A program made the translations under genes and the position numbers. DNA of 64,000 nt from Octopus bimaculoides (lineage: Eukaryota), in the NCBI RefSeq assembly GCF_001194135.2, contig NC_068981.1, positions 5,699,998 to 5,763,997 on the forward strand, given 5' to 3'. Shown here piece by piece: positions 23,798 through 36,046 of the stretch (its first letter is position 1; the number at the start of each line of letters is the position of its first letter). The notes beneath the pieces are model-generated. The model worked only from the letters and a program-made list of their open reading frames with translations, searched no databases and was not told the origin of the DNA.

Positions 23798-26700
23798 GAG
23801 CTTATTCTTTACAGTACTCGGGTACACTACAACTTGTCAGAAAAGGGTAAAAGAAGGGGACAGAAAGCAGCAGTGAGTGAAAGGAAGACAGTAAGGATAA
23901 CCAAAAGTGCATGCATGGTATAGAGAACACTGTGGTCAGGATGGGGTACTACATTCTGAGGGTACTATATTCTAAGGTACTATGGTCAAGGGTACTACAT
24001 TCATTGTATCCACCTCAGAACTTATCGACTGGCAGAAAGGCAAAGTGGGACTTGGGCTGGATTTGAACCAAGAACTTAAAGGTACTTAAACAAATATCAC
24101 AAGGTATTTTGTTCAGTGCTCTCTAACGACATCGTCCTTCACTAATTAATCCTGATGACCCAAATTGGCCAAGAGTCCACAGCATTCACATCAGCATGAC
24201 AGTAATCAACTCTGTTAACAAACCTCCATTAAATTTTTCTTTTTGAAATGACACAGAAATCATTCTTTCGAATAGATTTTAATCGCTCTTCGAGTTCATT
24301 GCAGGAAGTTTAATCATCATTATTCAATGTTCTTGTTCTCCATACTGGCATGGGTTGGACAGAATCTAACAAACCAGAGAACTGTGTTGAGCTCCAGTAC
24401 CTGCTTTGGCTTGGTTTCTATAGCTGGATGCCATTCCTAACATCAACCACTTTACAGAGTGTGGACTGGGTACTTTTTATGTGGCACCAGCACCAGTGAG
24501 GTCACCAAGTAACTTGCAAGGCAAGACCCCTTCCCTCAGCTAAGAGTAGCTTTGAAAGATGTGGCTTTGAGCCAGATGATGAGAGACTAACTCATTGGCT
24601 TTTAGACTGGTCATACTTGGCTCAAATATTCTACCCATTTTATGTTCAATGTGGCCAGATCTGGCCTCTCCTACCTACTCTACAATGTCATTCTAAAAAT
24701 ATACTAATACCTGCCCACGTCAGCGAAAATGAGTTCAAGAAGTGCTGCGTGTCCCACCCAGACTTAAAAAAATTTCTCACATCTCTTCTCTTCCCCACAT
24801 TTCCACTTCATGCACTACGCTTACCTCTCACTCCCCAATTCTGTCTTCTTGGCCCTGTGCCACTGTATCATTGTTATCTACTAGCTTCCAACCTGCATAA
24901 TCCACCCATGCCCTGTCTCACTGTATCACTGAACATGCCCAGTATTTTGCCATCATCTTTATCCTGCTGTCCCCCATTCTCTCTCCTTCTCCTGCACTTC
25001 CCTCATGTTGGATAACCATGTTTTTCCTTTCTGGCAGAGCACTTGCTTCTGTCTTCATTCCTGATCTCTCTTTCTCTCCTGCCAGGTAACCTTGTACCTC
25101 CTCTACAGCAACACACCTGTTTCTCTCCTCCTCATTCTTGATCACTCTATCTCTGTCTCTGTCTGTCTCTCTCTGTCACTTTGTCTCTCTCTCCCTCTCC
25201 CTCTCGCCAACCAGGTAATTATGTACTTCCTCTACACCAAGACACCTGTTTCTGTCTCTCTATCTCACTATAACTGTTCATCATCTGACACAAGATTACC
25301 TCCTCCAATGCCTCCCCTCCCCTCCCAAAAGAGTTTTTTCTTGTCTTGTTAGTTACTTGGTTACCCTGCCAGTGCTTGTGCCACATTAAAAGAACCCAGT
25401 CCACACTCATGGAATGGTTGGCATTTGGAACGGCATCCAGTTGTAATAACCTTACCAAAACTGACCTTGCCTGTGCTTGTCACATAAAAAGCACTAAGTC
25501 CACTCTGTTGAGTGGTTGGTGTTGGGAAGGGCATCCAGCTGTAAAAATCCTGTCAAAACAGTCACAGAAGTCTGGTGCAGGCTTCTGCCTGACCAGTTCT
25601 TGTCAAACCATCCCACCCATGCCAGCATGGAAGGTGGACGTTAAACGATGATGAAGATAATCATCATCATCAAAATCTCAAAGCTACAAGATAATGCAGG
25701 ATTAATTGAAAACAATAGGAATGAGTATTACATTTGATAAACTAATCTGAATGGTAAGGGATTAAAATCTGACATGGGAAGAGGAACCATTCAGGAATGG
25801 GAAAGAAAGTGTCAGGGTCCACCCTCAAGGCACAACAAGATGGAGAAAAAGAGGGACAAAGAAATGAGGATGGCTGGGTTTGCAGGAGTGTGAAAGGAGA
25901 GTGGTGGCCTGTTAGATTATAGGGGCAGAAAGTGAATGCAGTGAATGGTGGACATTGGTGGAGAGATGGTCAGTGGAGTATTTGAGAGAAGGTTAGAGGG
26001 GATGGGGGTGGAGAGCAGCCATAGGCACAGACATGGCTCTGTGGTAAGAAGTTTGCTTCCCAACCACATGGTTTTGGGTTCAGTCCCACTGTATGGCATC
26101 TTGGGGAAGTGTCTTTTACTATACCCTCAGGCTTACCAAAACCTTTTGAGTGGATTTGGTAGACAGAAACTGAAAGAGGTCCATTGTGTGCGTGTGTTTT
26201 TAAGTCCCTGTAACTTAGCAGTTCGGCAAAAGTGACTGATAGAATAAGAACCAGGCTTTAAAAATATATATATAAGCACTGGAGTCTATTTATTTGACTA
26301 GAATTCTTCAAGGCAGTGCTCTAGCATGGCCACAGTCTAATGATTGAAACAAGTAAAAGATAAGAAACAAGGAAATGATGTGAAGTAGGAGGAAATATGT
26401 AAATTTAGAACTTGCTCTTCCATACTTTTGTAACGACATAAAACCATTCTTCTTAGTCATTCGGAATAGTTTTAAAATCAATTTCCAATACATTTATTTG
26501 CTCAGAACTGGGATGTTGCTGTGATCAAGACCAGCTCAAGGTTCCGGTAACTTGGGTACCATGTGCCTGGTACCATCTGCTTTTTAGTCTACATTCTCAG
26601 TTTTCCTCCTTGTGAAAGTTTAAAAAAAAATATTCTTGTAAGGGCACCAAAGTCCAGTTTGCCCCGCCGGGCACCAGCAACTCTAGGGCCGGCCCTGGCT

Positions 26701-26969
26701 GTGCTGTTAGCTCATTGATAAAAAAAAATATTCTTTTCAACTGTAGGCACAAGGTCCGAAATTTTTTGGGGGAAGGAGACAGTCAATTAGATCAACCCCA
26801 GTATGCAACTGGTACTTAATTTATCAACCCCAAAAGGATGAAAAGCAAAGTCGACCTCAGCGGAATTTGAACTCGGAATGTAAAGACAAACGAAATACCA
26901 CCAAGCATTTCGCCTGGCACGCTAACGCTTCTGCCAACTTGCCAGCTGTTTTTGTTTTTTTTTAGAGCT

Positions 26970-27290
26970 ATACCAGCCCCTACACTGGATGTTACCATGT
27001 ACTGCCATAGCTTGGGATTCAAGGGACCATGGTTATTTAATACCTTGCCAAAACATCTGAAAGATTTGCATGGAATTGGGGTAGATGTTTTCAAGGAACA
27101 ATTTTCACCCGTTGTTGTCCAATGTCCTCAATAAAGAAACTCAAAAGAGGGCAGCAATGCTGAACTCCCTCTTTTACCAAAAGACAATCCCATAAGAATG
27201 GCCATTGAAAAGGTGATAACACTGGTGGTGTTCCAGCATGGCCACAGCCTTTGGGCTGAAATGCATAAAAGAATATTAATAAGTGAATAG
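26970..27290 (+). mobile_element. CR1/L2-group LINE 3' fragment
   Basis: YCHSLGFKGPWLFNTLPKHLKDLHGIGVDVFK resembles the conserved ORF2 C-terminus of CR1/L2-type LINEs. Confidence 0.55.
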
Positions 27291-29137
27291 ATAGATGAAT
27301 AAACAAAGAAATGCCATCTGTTAGAAATTTATTTCTTATGGATTGGATGCGGAGAGAGATTAGTCAAAGAGAAGACAAGCGTTAGGGGAGGTTGGTGACA
27401 AGATCTGAGGGTTGTGTGTGTTGGAGCAGGTGCTGATAGAGTCCATATTGATATAAGGTCACTTGGGATTGGAGGAAACCATCTTGAGAGAAAAGAAAAC
27501 CAACTTGTATTTGTAAAGGATTAAAACGATTAAGACAGAGAGAGAGGGAGAGAGGGAGGAGAGAGAGGGAGGGAGAGAGGGAGAGAAAGAGAGAGGTCGT
27601 TTGTTGAAGGAGAGCAAAAAATATGAAGTTGATCGGTTTGGGTGATATTGATTCTTTACGTATTGATTTAGGGAGAAAGAAAAGTAAGTCTATGGTCATA
27701 GAACTTAAAACCTCAGTCAAATATTCTATAGACACAAGTTTGGTTGTGTGGTAAGAAGCTTGCTTCCCAACCACATAGTCCCAGGTTCAGTCCCACAGCA
27801 TGGCACCTTGGGCAAGTGTCTTCTACTACATCCTCAGGACAACCAAAGCTTTGTGAGTGGATTTGGTAGACAGAAACTGAAAGAAACTCGTCGTATATAT
27901 GTGTGCGTGCGTGTGTGTGTTTGTCCCCCCACCATCACCTGACAATTGATGCTGGTGTATTTGCGTCTCTGTAACTTAGTGGTTTCAGCGAAAGAGACTG
28001 ATAGAATAAGTACCAGGCTCACAAAGAATGAGTCCTGGGGGCGATTTGTTCGACTAAAGGCAGTGCTCCAGCATGGTCACAGTCAAGTGACTGAAACAAG
28101 TAAATGAATAAAAAAATACTTGAGGAATTGTAAACCGAAAGCCAGGAATCATCATGGAATGTCTGGTGTCAATGTCTGGTCATGGAGAGTAATATGACTT
28201 AGAAACAGGAAGGGCATCCAGCAGCAGAAAAATTGCCTCAACAAATTCTGTCCGACCCATGCAACCATAGAAAAATGTAAGTTAAAATGACGATTATGAT
28301 GATAATGTTCCATGCTGGAATGGGTGAAACAGTTTGACCGAATCCAACAGATTCAAGGACTACATTGTTCTCCCAAGTCTGCTTTGGCGAGGGTTTTACA
28401 ACTGGATGCTCTTCCTAATACCAACCACTTTACAGTATGGGCTGGGTGCTTTTTGTTTTTTATTATTACATGGCACCAACATTAGTGAGGTTGTCAAGTA
28501 ACCCACAAGACTAAGACCCCTTTTGAGTAAGGCTATAGTAGGGAGAGAGGCAGCTTTATGCTGTGGAATGAGAGAAGGGGTCAGAACCGAACAGGTTTGT
28601 TGCTGTGAAGTAATAAGGATGAGGGCTGGAAAGAGAGATAAAAATTGTAGTGATGAGGTGCCAGGGTGGATACTGAAAGTCAGTAGAAGTGATTAGGGAT
28701 GGGGAGAACAAGGAATGTGGGTAAGTAGAGGTTGGAAGTGTGTAAAGGAGATGGTTAGAGAAAAGGAGTGAGTGAGAGGTGAATATAATGAACAAGTGTT
28801 TCAGGATGGTTGGGGAAGAGTAGGTGACAACTGTAAAAATTGGGCAGAAGACATTGTACATTGTTTTAGCAACATCAGGTCACATTGGAATGATAGTGTC
28901 ATACTGACATTTTTGGACAGCCGCTGATTACATGCATGTGTGTATGTGTCTACATATGAGTGGATCTATGCACAAGTGCAGATGCACATATGTTCCTGTG
29001 CATGTGTGTGTGCATGTATAGCATATCTGCATTTGTGCATGGGCAACTGTATGTCTGCATGTATGTGTTTGTGGGTATGTTAGTGCAAATACATATGCAG
29101 GCATATATGTATGTGCAAATATATATATATGTATATA

Positions 29138-29630
29138 TAAGTATATGATTTAAGTTATAACACAAAGTTCAACAAATTCAATCATATTTTACATAAATGG
29201 ATGAGATTAGATGTTAATGTGGATTGAATTATTTCTTATTCAATTCGGTAGACGATCGTTTTGTACGGAAGGACAATAAATTTGTTTTAAGAATCCGAGT
29301 TGTCAAAGAGTACTCAGTAGCACAATAAGAAAAAAATAATAAAAACTTAAAGAAAAAAGGTAGACTTAAGAATTACATTGGTATTGTGTTCTTACTAATT
29401 TTTACTGTGTAATTGTTCTAGGAGTCATGTCTGTTTAGTCAAGTTTTAAATAGATATGACTCCGAGAACAATACCCATGTAGTTCTTAAGTCTAGCTTTT
29501 TCTTTATTAAGTTCTTGTTTTTTCTTATTGTACTCAGATTCTGAAAATGAATTTATTGTCTTCCTGTACATTTATGTAAAATATGATTGAATTTGTTGAA
29601 CTTTGTCTTATAACTTATATCATATACTTA
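29138..29630. mobile_element. Fold-back element / TA-flanked MITE, about 490 bp
   Basis: Outer arms TAAGTATATG...ACATAAATG match the reverse complement of 29567-29630; nested paired segments continue inward; about 60-nt insertion in the left arm only. Confidence 0.8.
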
Positions 29631-29761
29631 ACATACTTATATAACCTTTCATATCTACACCATTTTACACCAGTAAATCCAAAGTAAAGTATGAAGAATC
29701 AACATTAGCAATCTTTTGGAAATTACTCCAATTAAAGGACGAATCCTCATTCAACCCTTGT

Positions 29762-29794
<33 letters not shown>

Positions 29795-30224
29795 NNNNNN
29801 NNNNNNNNNNNNNNNNNNNNNNNNNNNNNNNNNNNNNNNNNNNNNNNNNNNNNNNNNNNNNNNNNNNNNNNNNNNNNNNNNNNNNNNNNNNNNNNNNNNN
29901 NNNNNNNNNNNNNNNNNNNNNNNNNNNNNNNNNNNNNNNNNNNNNNNNNNNNNNNNNNNNNNNNNNNNNNNNNNNNNNNNNNNNNNNNNNNNNNNNNNNN
30001 NNNNNNNNNNNNNNNNNNNNNNNNNNNNNNNNNNNNNNNNNNNNNNNNNNNNNNNNNNNNNNNNNNNNNNNNNNNNNNNNNNNNNNNNNATATATATCTA
30101 TGTATAAATGTATTTATGTATGACCAATGTATGCAATACATATATAAGTGTGTGTGTGTGTGTGTGTATGTGTGTGTGTGTGTGTGTGCGTGTCCAGCTA
30201 TGTATTGCAGCAAGAAAAACTTAC

Positions 30225-30254
30225 TTTCACTTCATCAGCGGCCTGGGATTTTCC
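30225..30254 (-). CDS. VAT1L: Candidate microexon m1 of the VAT1L-like tail: GKSQAADEVK
   Basis: 30 nt, no stop; acceptor ttttcttttttaatAG, donor GTAAGT; phase 0/0. No transcript evidence available here. Confidence 0.7.
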
Positions 30255-31979
30255 CTATTAAAAAAGAAAAATAAGCAACAAAGGCACAGATAAAGCAAAC
30301 AAACAAAAAAGTTTATGTTGGAATTTATTTTTTGAGTAACTCAAAAATTAAAAATATCCGAACCAATAAAGTAATTAAAGAACGTTGCTAATTACGTTAT
30401 TTTGAAGAATATATTCCTTTAACCCTTTAACATTGAAACTGGCCATTCCTGGCCAAAATATTCTACCTGTTTTATGTTCAAACCAACCAGATATGGCCTC
30501 TCATACCTATCCTGTAATGTCATTCAAAAAATGACTCAGTAGTTAGAGCGTCGGGCTCACAATCATGAGTTAGCGGGTTCGATTCTTGGACCAGGCTATG
30601 TATTGTGTCCTTGAGCAAGACCCTATTTCACGTTGCTCCAGTTCTCTGAGCTGTAGAAACGAGTTGTGACATCACTGGTGCCAAGCTGTATCAGCCCCTT
30701 TGCCTTTCCCTTGGATAACATCAGTGGCATGGTTCCAAGCCAACCATAGCTTTATGAGTGGATCTGGTAGATCATCATCATCATTTAACATCCTTTTTTT
30801 CCATGCTGGCATGGGTGGGATGGTTTGACAAGAGCAAACATGCTAGAGGGCTCCACCAGGCTCCAATGCCAACCATTTCTACAGAATGTATTGGCTGCTT
30901 TTTACATGAATACATAAAAGGAAGTGAAACAGAAATGAAAACAAACACGAATGCGATGAGCTTTTCAGCCTCCACTTACCGAATCCTTTCACAAGGCTTT
31001 GGTCAGTTTAGGGTCAAAGTAAAAAACAGATGACCAAGCTGTTGCATTGTGGGAATGAACCCAAAACCATGTGGTTGGGAAGCAAACTTCTTAGCTATAC
31101 TTGCTTTTAAAACATGGGTTAGAGACTATTTTTGAAAAGATCTTAGAAAGTTTTTCTTTAAATCTTCAGTAATTATACGTATTTTGCTATTTTGCAGAAC
31201 TATCAACAAAAAAGACTTAAATAACAGCATTAAAAAAATTGTTTTGTAAGATAATGAGGTTATAATTAATTAAACAATTTTAAAATAACGAAAACAAAAC
31301 AAAACCGAACCAAAAACAAAAATTTTTTTAAAAAACCTTAAGTGAATCCAAACAATTTAAATAAAAATATTCCAACAGATTTTTTAAAACTCTTTTACAA
31401 ATTTAGACATTACTGTCTTGGAGATTCTATGCCATGTCTGTTCTGTTTAGCAATTTCTTTATATCAAGGAATCTGATTCTATTTTCATTATCATCATTTA
31501 ATGTCTGCTTTCCATACTGGTATGAGTTGGATGGTTTGACTGAAAACTGGTAAGCCAGGGGGCTGCACCAGGTTCCAATCTGATCTGGCAAGGTTTCTAC
31601 AGCTGGATGCCCTTCTTAATGCCAACCCCTTTGAGAGTGTAGTGCGTGCTTTTTACGTGCCACCCGCACAGGTATCATTGACCCCACACCAGCATTGGCC
31701 ACGACTATGGTCTCACTTGGCTTGACAGGTCTACACAAGCATAGTATATCACCAAAGGTCCTGGTCACCTGTCACTGCCTCCATGAGGCCCAACGCTTGA
31801 ATGGTGCCTTTTATGTGTCCCCAGCACATGTGCCAGTCAGACAGCACCGGCATCAGCTATGACTATTCAAAAAAAGCTTTGAACACATGGAACCAAAAGA
31901 CTAGCCTTTGAAATGCCATGGAATATGGATAGGGGCTTTTTTTTAACCCCTCTTTATTTTGTTCTTACAGAATTCTTAC

Positions 31980-32057
31980 CTTTGGCTCAACAGTCGGGTC
32001 TAAAATAATTTTACCAATATTTTTGCGGTCATGAAGTCGTTGCATGGCTTCTGCAAT
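31980..32057 (-). CDS. VAT1L: VAT-1 homolog-like exon: IAEAMQRLHDRKNIGKIILDPTVEPK (end of MDR domain)
   Basis: 78 nt; acceptor aaacAG, donor GTAAGA; phase 0/0. MDR C-terminal motif xNIGKxxL. Confidence 0.92.
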
Positions 32058-32347
32058 CTGTTTCGGAATAAAAAAGAAAAAAAAACACTTTGGTAAAAAC
32101 TGAATGAGAAAAATCCAAGAAAATAAAGGAGTGGGAAAAAAACAAGTAAAACATACATTGGAAATGAAGAATTTGTTTAGATTCTATAATTCCATCTTTA
32201 TCTTTTACTTGTTTCATGTGGCAATGCTGGAGCATCATCTCGAATTTTTATCCAAATGTATTGACCTCAAAACTTATTTCATTTTGTTAAGCCTGGTACT
32301 TATTCTGTTGGTCTCTTTTGCAGGACAAACACAGACACACATGCATG

Positions 32348-32381
<34 letters not shown>

Positions 32382-33184
32382 AAAGAAAATGGAGGTTGGG
32401 AAGTTAATAATTGTTTATTATTAACAGCAAATTAATCATCAGCCCTTACAGCTGTTTCAATTGATACTCAGTAAATATTAAATTTATGACACAAACATAT
32501 ACAGATATATATATATACACACACACACAAATCTTTGGTCGGCCCGAGGCTATAGCAGAAGACACTTGCCTAAGATGCTATGCAGTGGGACTGAACCCAG
32601 GACCATGTGGTTGGGAAGTAAGCTTCTTACCATACAGCCACGCCTCTTTGTTCTCTCTTTTATGTTTTTTGAAAATCTGTAGTTTTACTTGGATTAAGAA
32701 ACTGTGTAAATTCTTCAAAATTTGTGAGGTACCCACAGGCTTTTAGCATTCCAGGCTATTACCTGATTTGCCTTGGGTTTATTACCATTCATGAAAATGG
32801 TGCTTCATTGGAGATTACAGGTTATAAGTTAAACTCCTTGATTCCAAAGTGAGTTCACAGCTGTAACCTACACCAGTGTCACATAACCAGCCCCAGCCCA
32901 CTCAAAAGTACCTTGGATTGTAGGGCGACATGCTGTGCTTGAGGAGACCTATTGAGCCAAGCACATCAAAATCAAATGGAAATTGTAGCTGTGATCCCTG
33001 TGCTGGAGGGTTGAATGCATTTGATTAAAAATCCTTCAAGGTGGTGCTCCAGCATGGTCACAGCCTCACGACTGAAAGAAGTAAAAGATAATTTCTTTTT
33101 TGTTAATATTAATTGAAAAAAAAGGCAGCAAGTTTCAGCAGAAATATGGTGGGAAAAGGGATTCAAATAGTGAAGAGAACTTAC

Positions 33185-33379
33185 GTCTTCAAAACAAGCA
33201 ACTTGGTCGATGACTGGTTTAATGATTCCATCAGTGTACAACTTGAACAGTTTGTCCATTTGGCTTTGAATATAAGCATGTTGGTTGTCACGGAACAATA
33301 ACTGACGCAGCTGGAACCCTGCAAGGAACTTGTTGTCGTCGTACAACTTCAGGGGACTAATTTTATCAACTTGCCACCA
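33185..33379 (-). CDS. VAT1L: VAT-1 homolog-like exon: WWQVDKISPLKLYDDNKFLAGFQLRQLLFRDNQHAYIQSQMDKLFKLYTDGIIKPVIDQVACFED
   Basis: 195 nt (65 codons); acceptor ctatttcAG, donor GTAAGT; phase 0/0. Lies within ORF 32972..33427. Confidence 0.94.
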
Positions 33380-33521
33380 CTGAAATAGGGGAAGAAATAG
33401 AAAAAATAGGGGACAAAAACACATCAAAACTTGTTTAAGAAGCTATCAACATATATTTTTATGTATTATCATTATCAGCTATGTGCCACATGCACGCACA
33501 CACACACACACACACACACTC

Positions 33522-33599
<78 letters not shown>

Positions 33600-34019
33600 A
33601 AATGGAGATTGGGATGTTAATAAGTATTTATTATTAACAGCAAATTAATCATCATCCCTTACAGCTGTTTCAGTTAATACTCAGTAGATTAATTAAATAT
33701 TAAATTTATATGATCATTCATCACATCGTTTAACGTCCGTTTTCCATGCTGGATGGGTTGGATGGTTTGACGGGGGCCTGGGAAGCCAAGAGGCTGCACC
33801 AGGCTCCAATCTGAAATGGCAGAGTTTCTACAGCTGGATGCCCTTCCTAATGCCAACCACTCCGAGAGTGTAGTGGGTGCTTTTATGTGCCACCAGCACG
33901 AGGGCCAGTCGGGTGGTCAGAAGCCCAATATACCCATCATGTCTACCTAACTGATAAGGATACACCAGGTACGTGCAACACAACCATATGTGCAGGACAT
34001 ACTGGCCTCACATCAAGAT

Positions 34020-35492
34020 AAACAAAAGCCCCACGGTTATATTTTCTGATTATTTTTTTGTTTTTTCTTACCTTTTACTTGTTTTAGTCATTAGACTGCG
34101 GCCATGCTGGGGCACCTTAAAGAATTTTTAGTTCAACGTATCGACCCCAGAATTCTTTTTTTTCCTTTTTAATTGCAGTTATTAGACTGCAGCCATACTA
34201 AGGCACCATCTTGAAGAATTTTTAGTCGAATGTAGCGACCCCCAGAATTTTTTTTAATGATTTTCAACCAGAGGGTATATCCACATGCTAGAAACAACAG
34301 CCAAATCTCTTGAAATTTTTTTGTAACCCCTTGGTTTTTTTTCTTCACTAAAAATCTTTTTGTTTGTTTCAGTCATTGGACTGTGGTCATTCTGGGGCAC
34401 TAACTTAAATTTTTAGTTGCAGAAAAAAAAAAAATCAGCATTTTAAAATATATATTTAAAGTCTTTTGTTTTCTTCTCTCAGTGCTTACAGATCAATGAA
34501 AATAAGTTGACCTTTTGAACTTTCTCCAGCAGTTGAAGGTCTAACAGAAGGCTAGTCATTCAAACGTACTTCTTATCGTTTGCCTAAATAGGGAAATGGG
34601 TGTTTCTCCATAAAAATGACAAATTCTGGTTTTTGTGAAGAAAAAACATGCCAGAGACATGTGTAATATTGACTTTCATTGTCTGTGTGTATATGTGGTC
34701 AGTCAAACGTGGTCAGTCAAACGTGGTCAGTCAAACATACTTCTTATTGTTTTTATGTTTCTACACATTTCATGAAGTAAATGCTTTCCCTTTTGTTAGA
34801 ATTCGGACAATATGTACATTGAGTAGTAAAGAGTCTTGTGTTCTGTTATTCTATTATTGATGTTGATTTATTTTCAAACTTTAAAATTATTCTAAAAACG
34901 AGGAAACACACAAAACATACCATTGTGAGGGACATAGATGTTTTGACACCGTTCTTCGATTGAATATATTTTGTTTACTTAAAAATTGGAATTTTGGAAA
35001 ATAATTTTTGTTTTTTTTTTACAACCACAATTTCCGTTTGTGTTTACATGAAATTATAAAAAAAAAATTTGTAAGATTTAGCTGTTATTTCTAGCATGTG
35101 GAGAGACCTAAAAAGTTTCAAGAGATTAAACCTTCTAGGTTTAATTTCATGCACTGGTTGAAAATCATCTGAAAAAAATTCTGGGGTTGATACAATTGAC
35201 TAAAAGTTCTTCAAAGTGGTGCCCCAGCATGGCTGCAGTCCATTGACTGCAACAAGTAAAAAGAAAAACCAAAATGAATTATGTCACAAAAGTGGTTTTG
35301 ATCAAGCTTAAAAAAATTTCTGGGTTCCATTCAGCCATCTAAAAATTCTTCAAGGTGGTGCCCTTGCATGGCTGGACGCACTCTAATAACTGTAACAAGG
35401 AATTAAAAAAAATTCTGGGATCGGTACATTCAACTAAAAATTCTAAAAAAAAAAAAAATTACTGCAAAATATAACCGTGGAGCTTTTGTCCG
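34020..35492. mobile_element. Composite inverted-repeat element, about 1.47 kb, with SINE-derived units in both arms
   Basis: ACAAAAGCCCCACGGTTATATTTT at left pairs with AAAATATAACCGTGGAGCTTTTGT at right; about 300 bp of left arm (34020-34325) matches the reverse complement of 35060-35490. Confidence 0.7.
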
Positions 35493-35774
35493 AGGGGGCT
35501 TTTGTCTAGACCCCAAACTGCACATGACTTTGCAAGGCAAGGCTCGGAATTTTCTTCAGGTTGACCATCCTGCTTAAAAGATCCCTGAATAAGGTTCGTT
35601 TAAGGATGTTGAATGAAACACCCATGTTTGCAGAGATGAATTATCCAAACCCCAAAGAATTCTTCTCAACATATGGCTATGATGCTCCCCCACTACTTCT
35701 GCTCTTGATCAGAGATGCACATATCGTCAGCCACCAAAGGACATGCTCAACTGGTTAAGGTCAAATAACTGACA

Positions 35775-36046
35775 AGCAAATCTGTGGTATTAAGCAGAAA
35801 TATTTGCTGTAGATCATCTTTTTATACCAAGACAAAACAATGTACATGATAACACTTCCAATCAGTTAAGATCAGAAACCATGAGAGCCACTGCTTGGTA
35901 CTGCATCAGGGCATTAGCAAATCTGTGGTATTGAGCAGAATATTTGCTGTGGCCCATCTTTTTTATACCAAGACAAAACATGTACATGATAACACTTCCA
36001 GTCAGTTAAGATCAGAAGCCATGAGAACCACTGCCTGGTCCTGCAT
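35775..36046. repeat. Tandem duplication of about 140 bp inside a dispersed repeat
   Basis: AGCAAATCTGTGGTATT...CTGCAT at 35775-35906 and 35916-36046. Confidence 0.9.

Noticed and set aside
31410-31450. Possible 24-nt microexon TWHRISKT
   Set aside because: No polypyrimidine tract, weak donor, composition unlike the tail.
32430-32465. GAAACAGCTGTA-AGGG-CTGATGA on the minus strand as a type II hammerhead
   Set aside because: Only 4 nt for stem I, no stem II pairing, and the sister copy at 33650 lacks CTGATGA.
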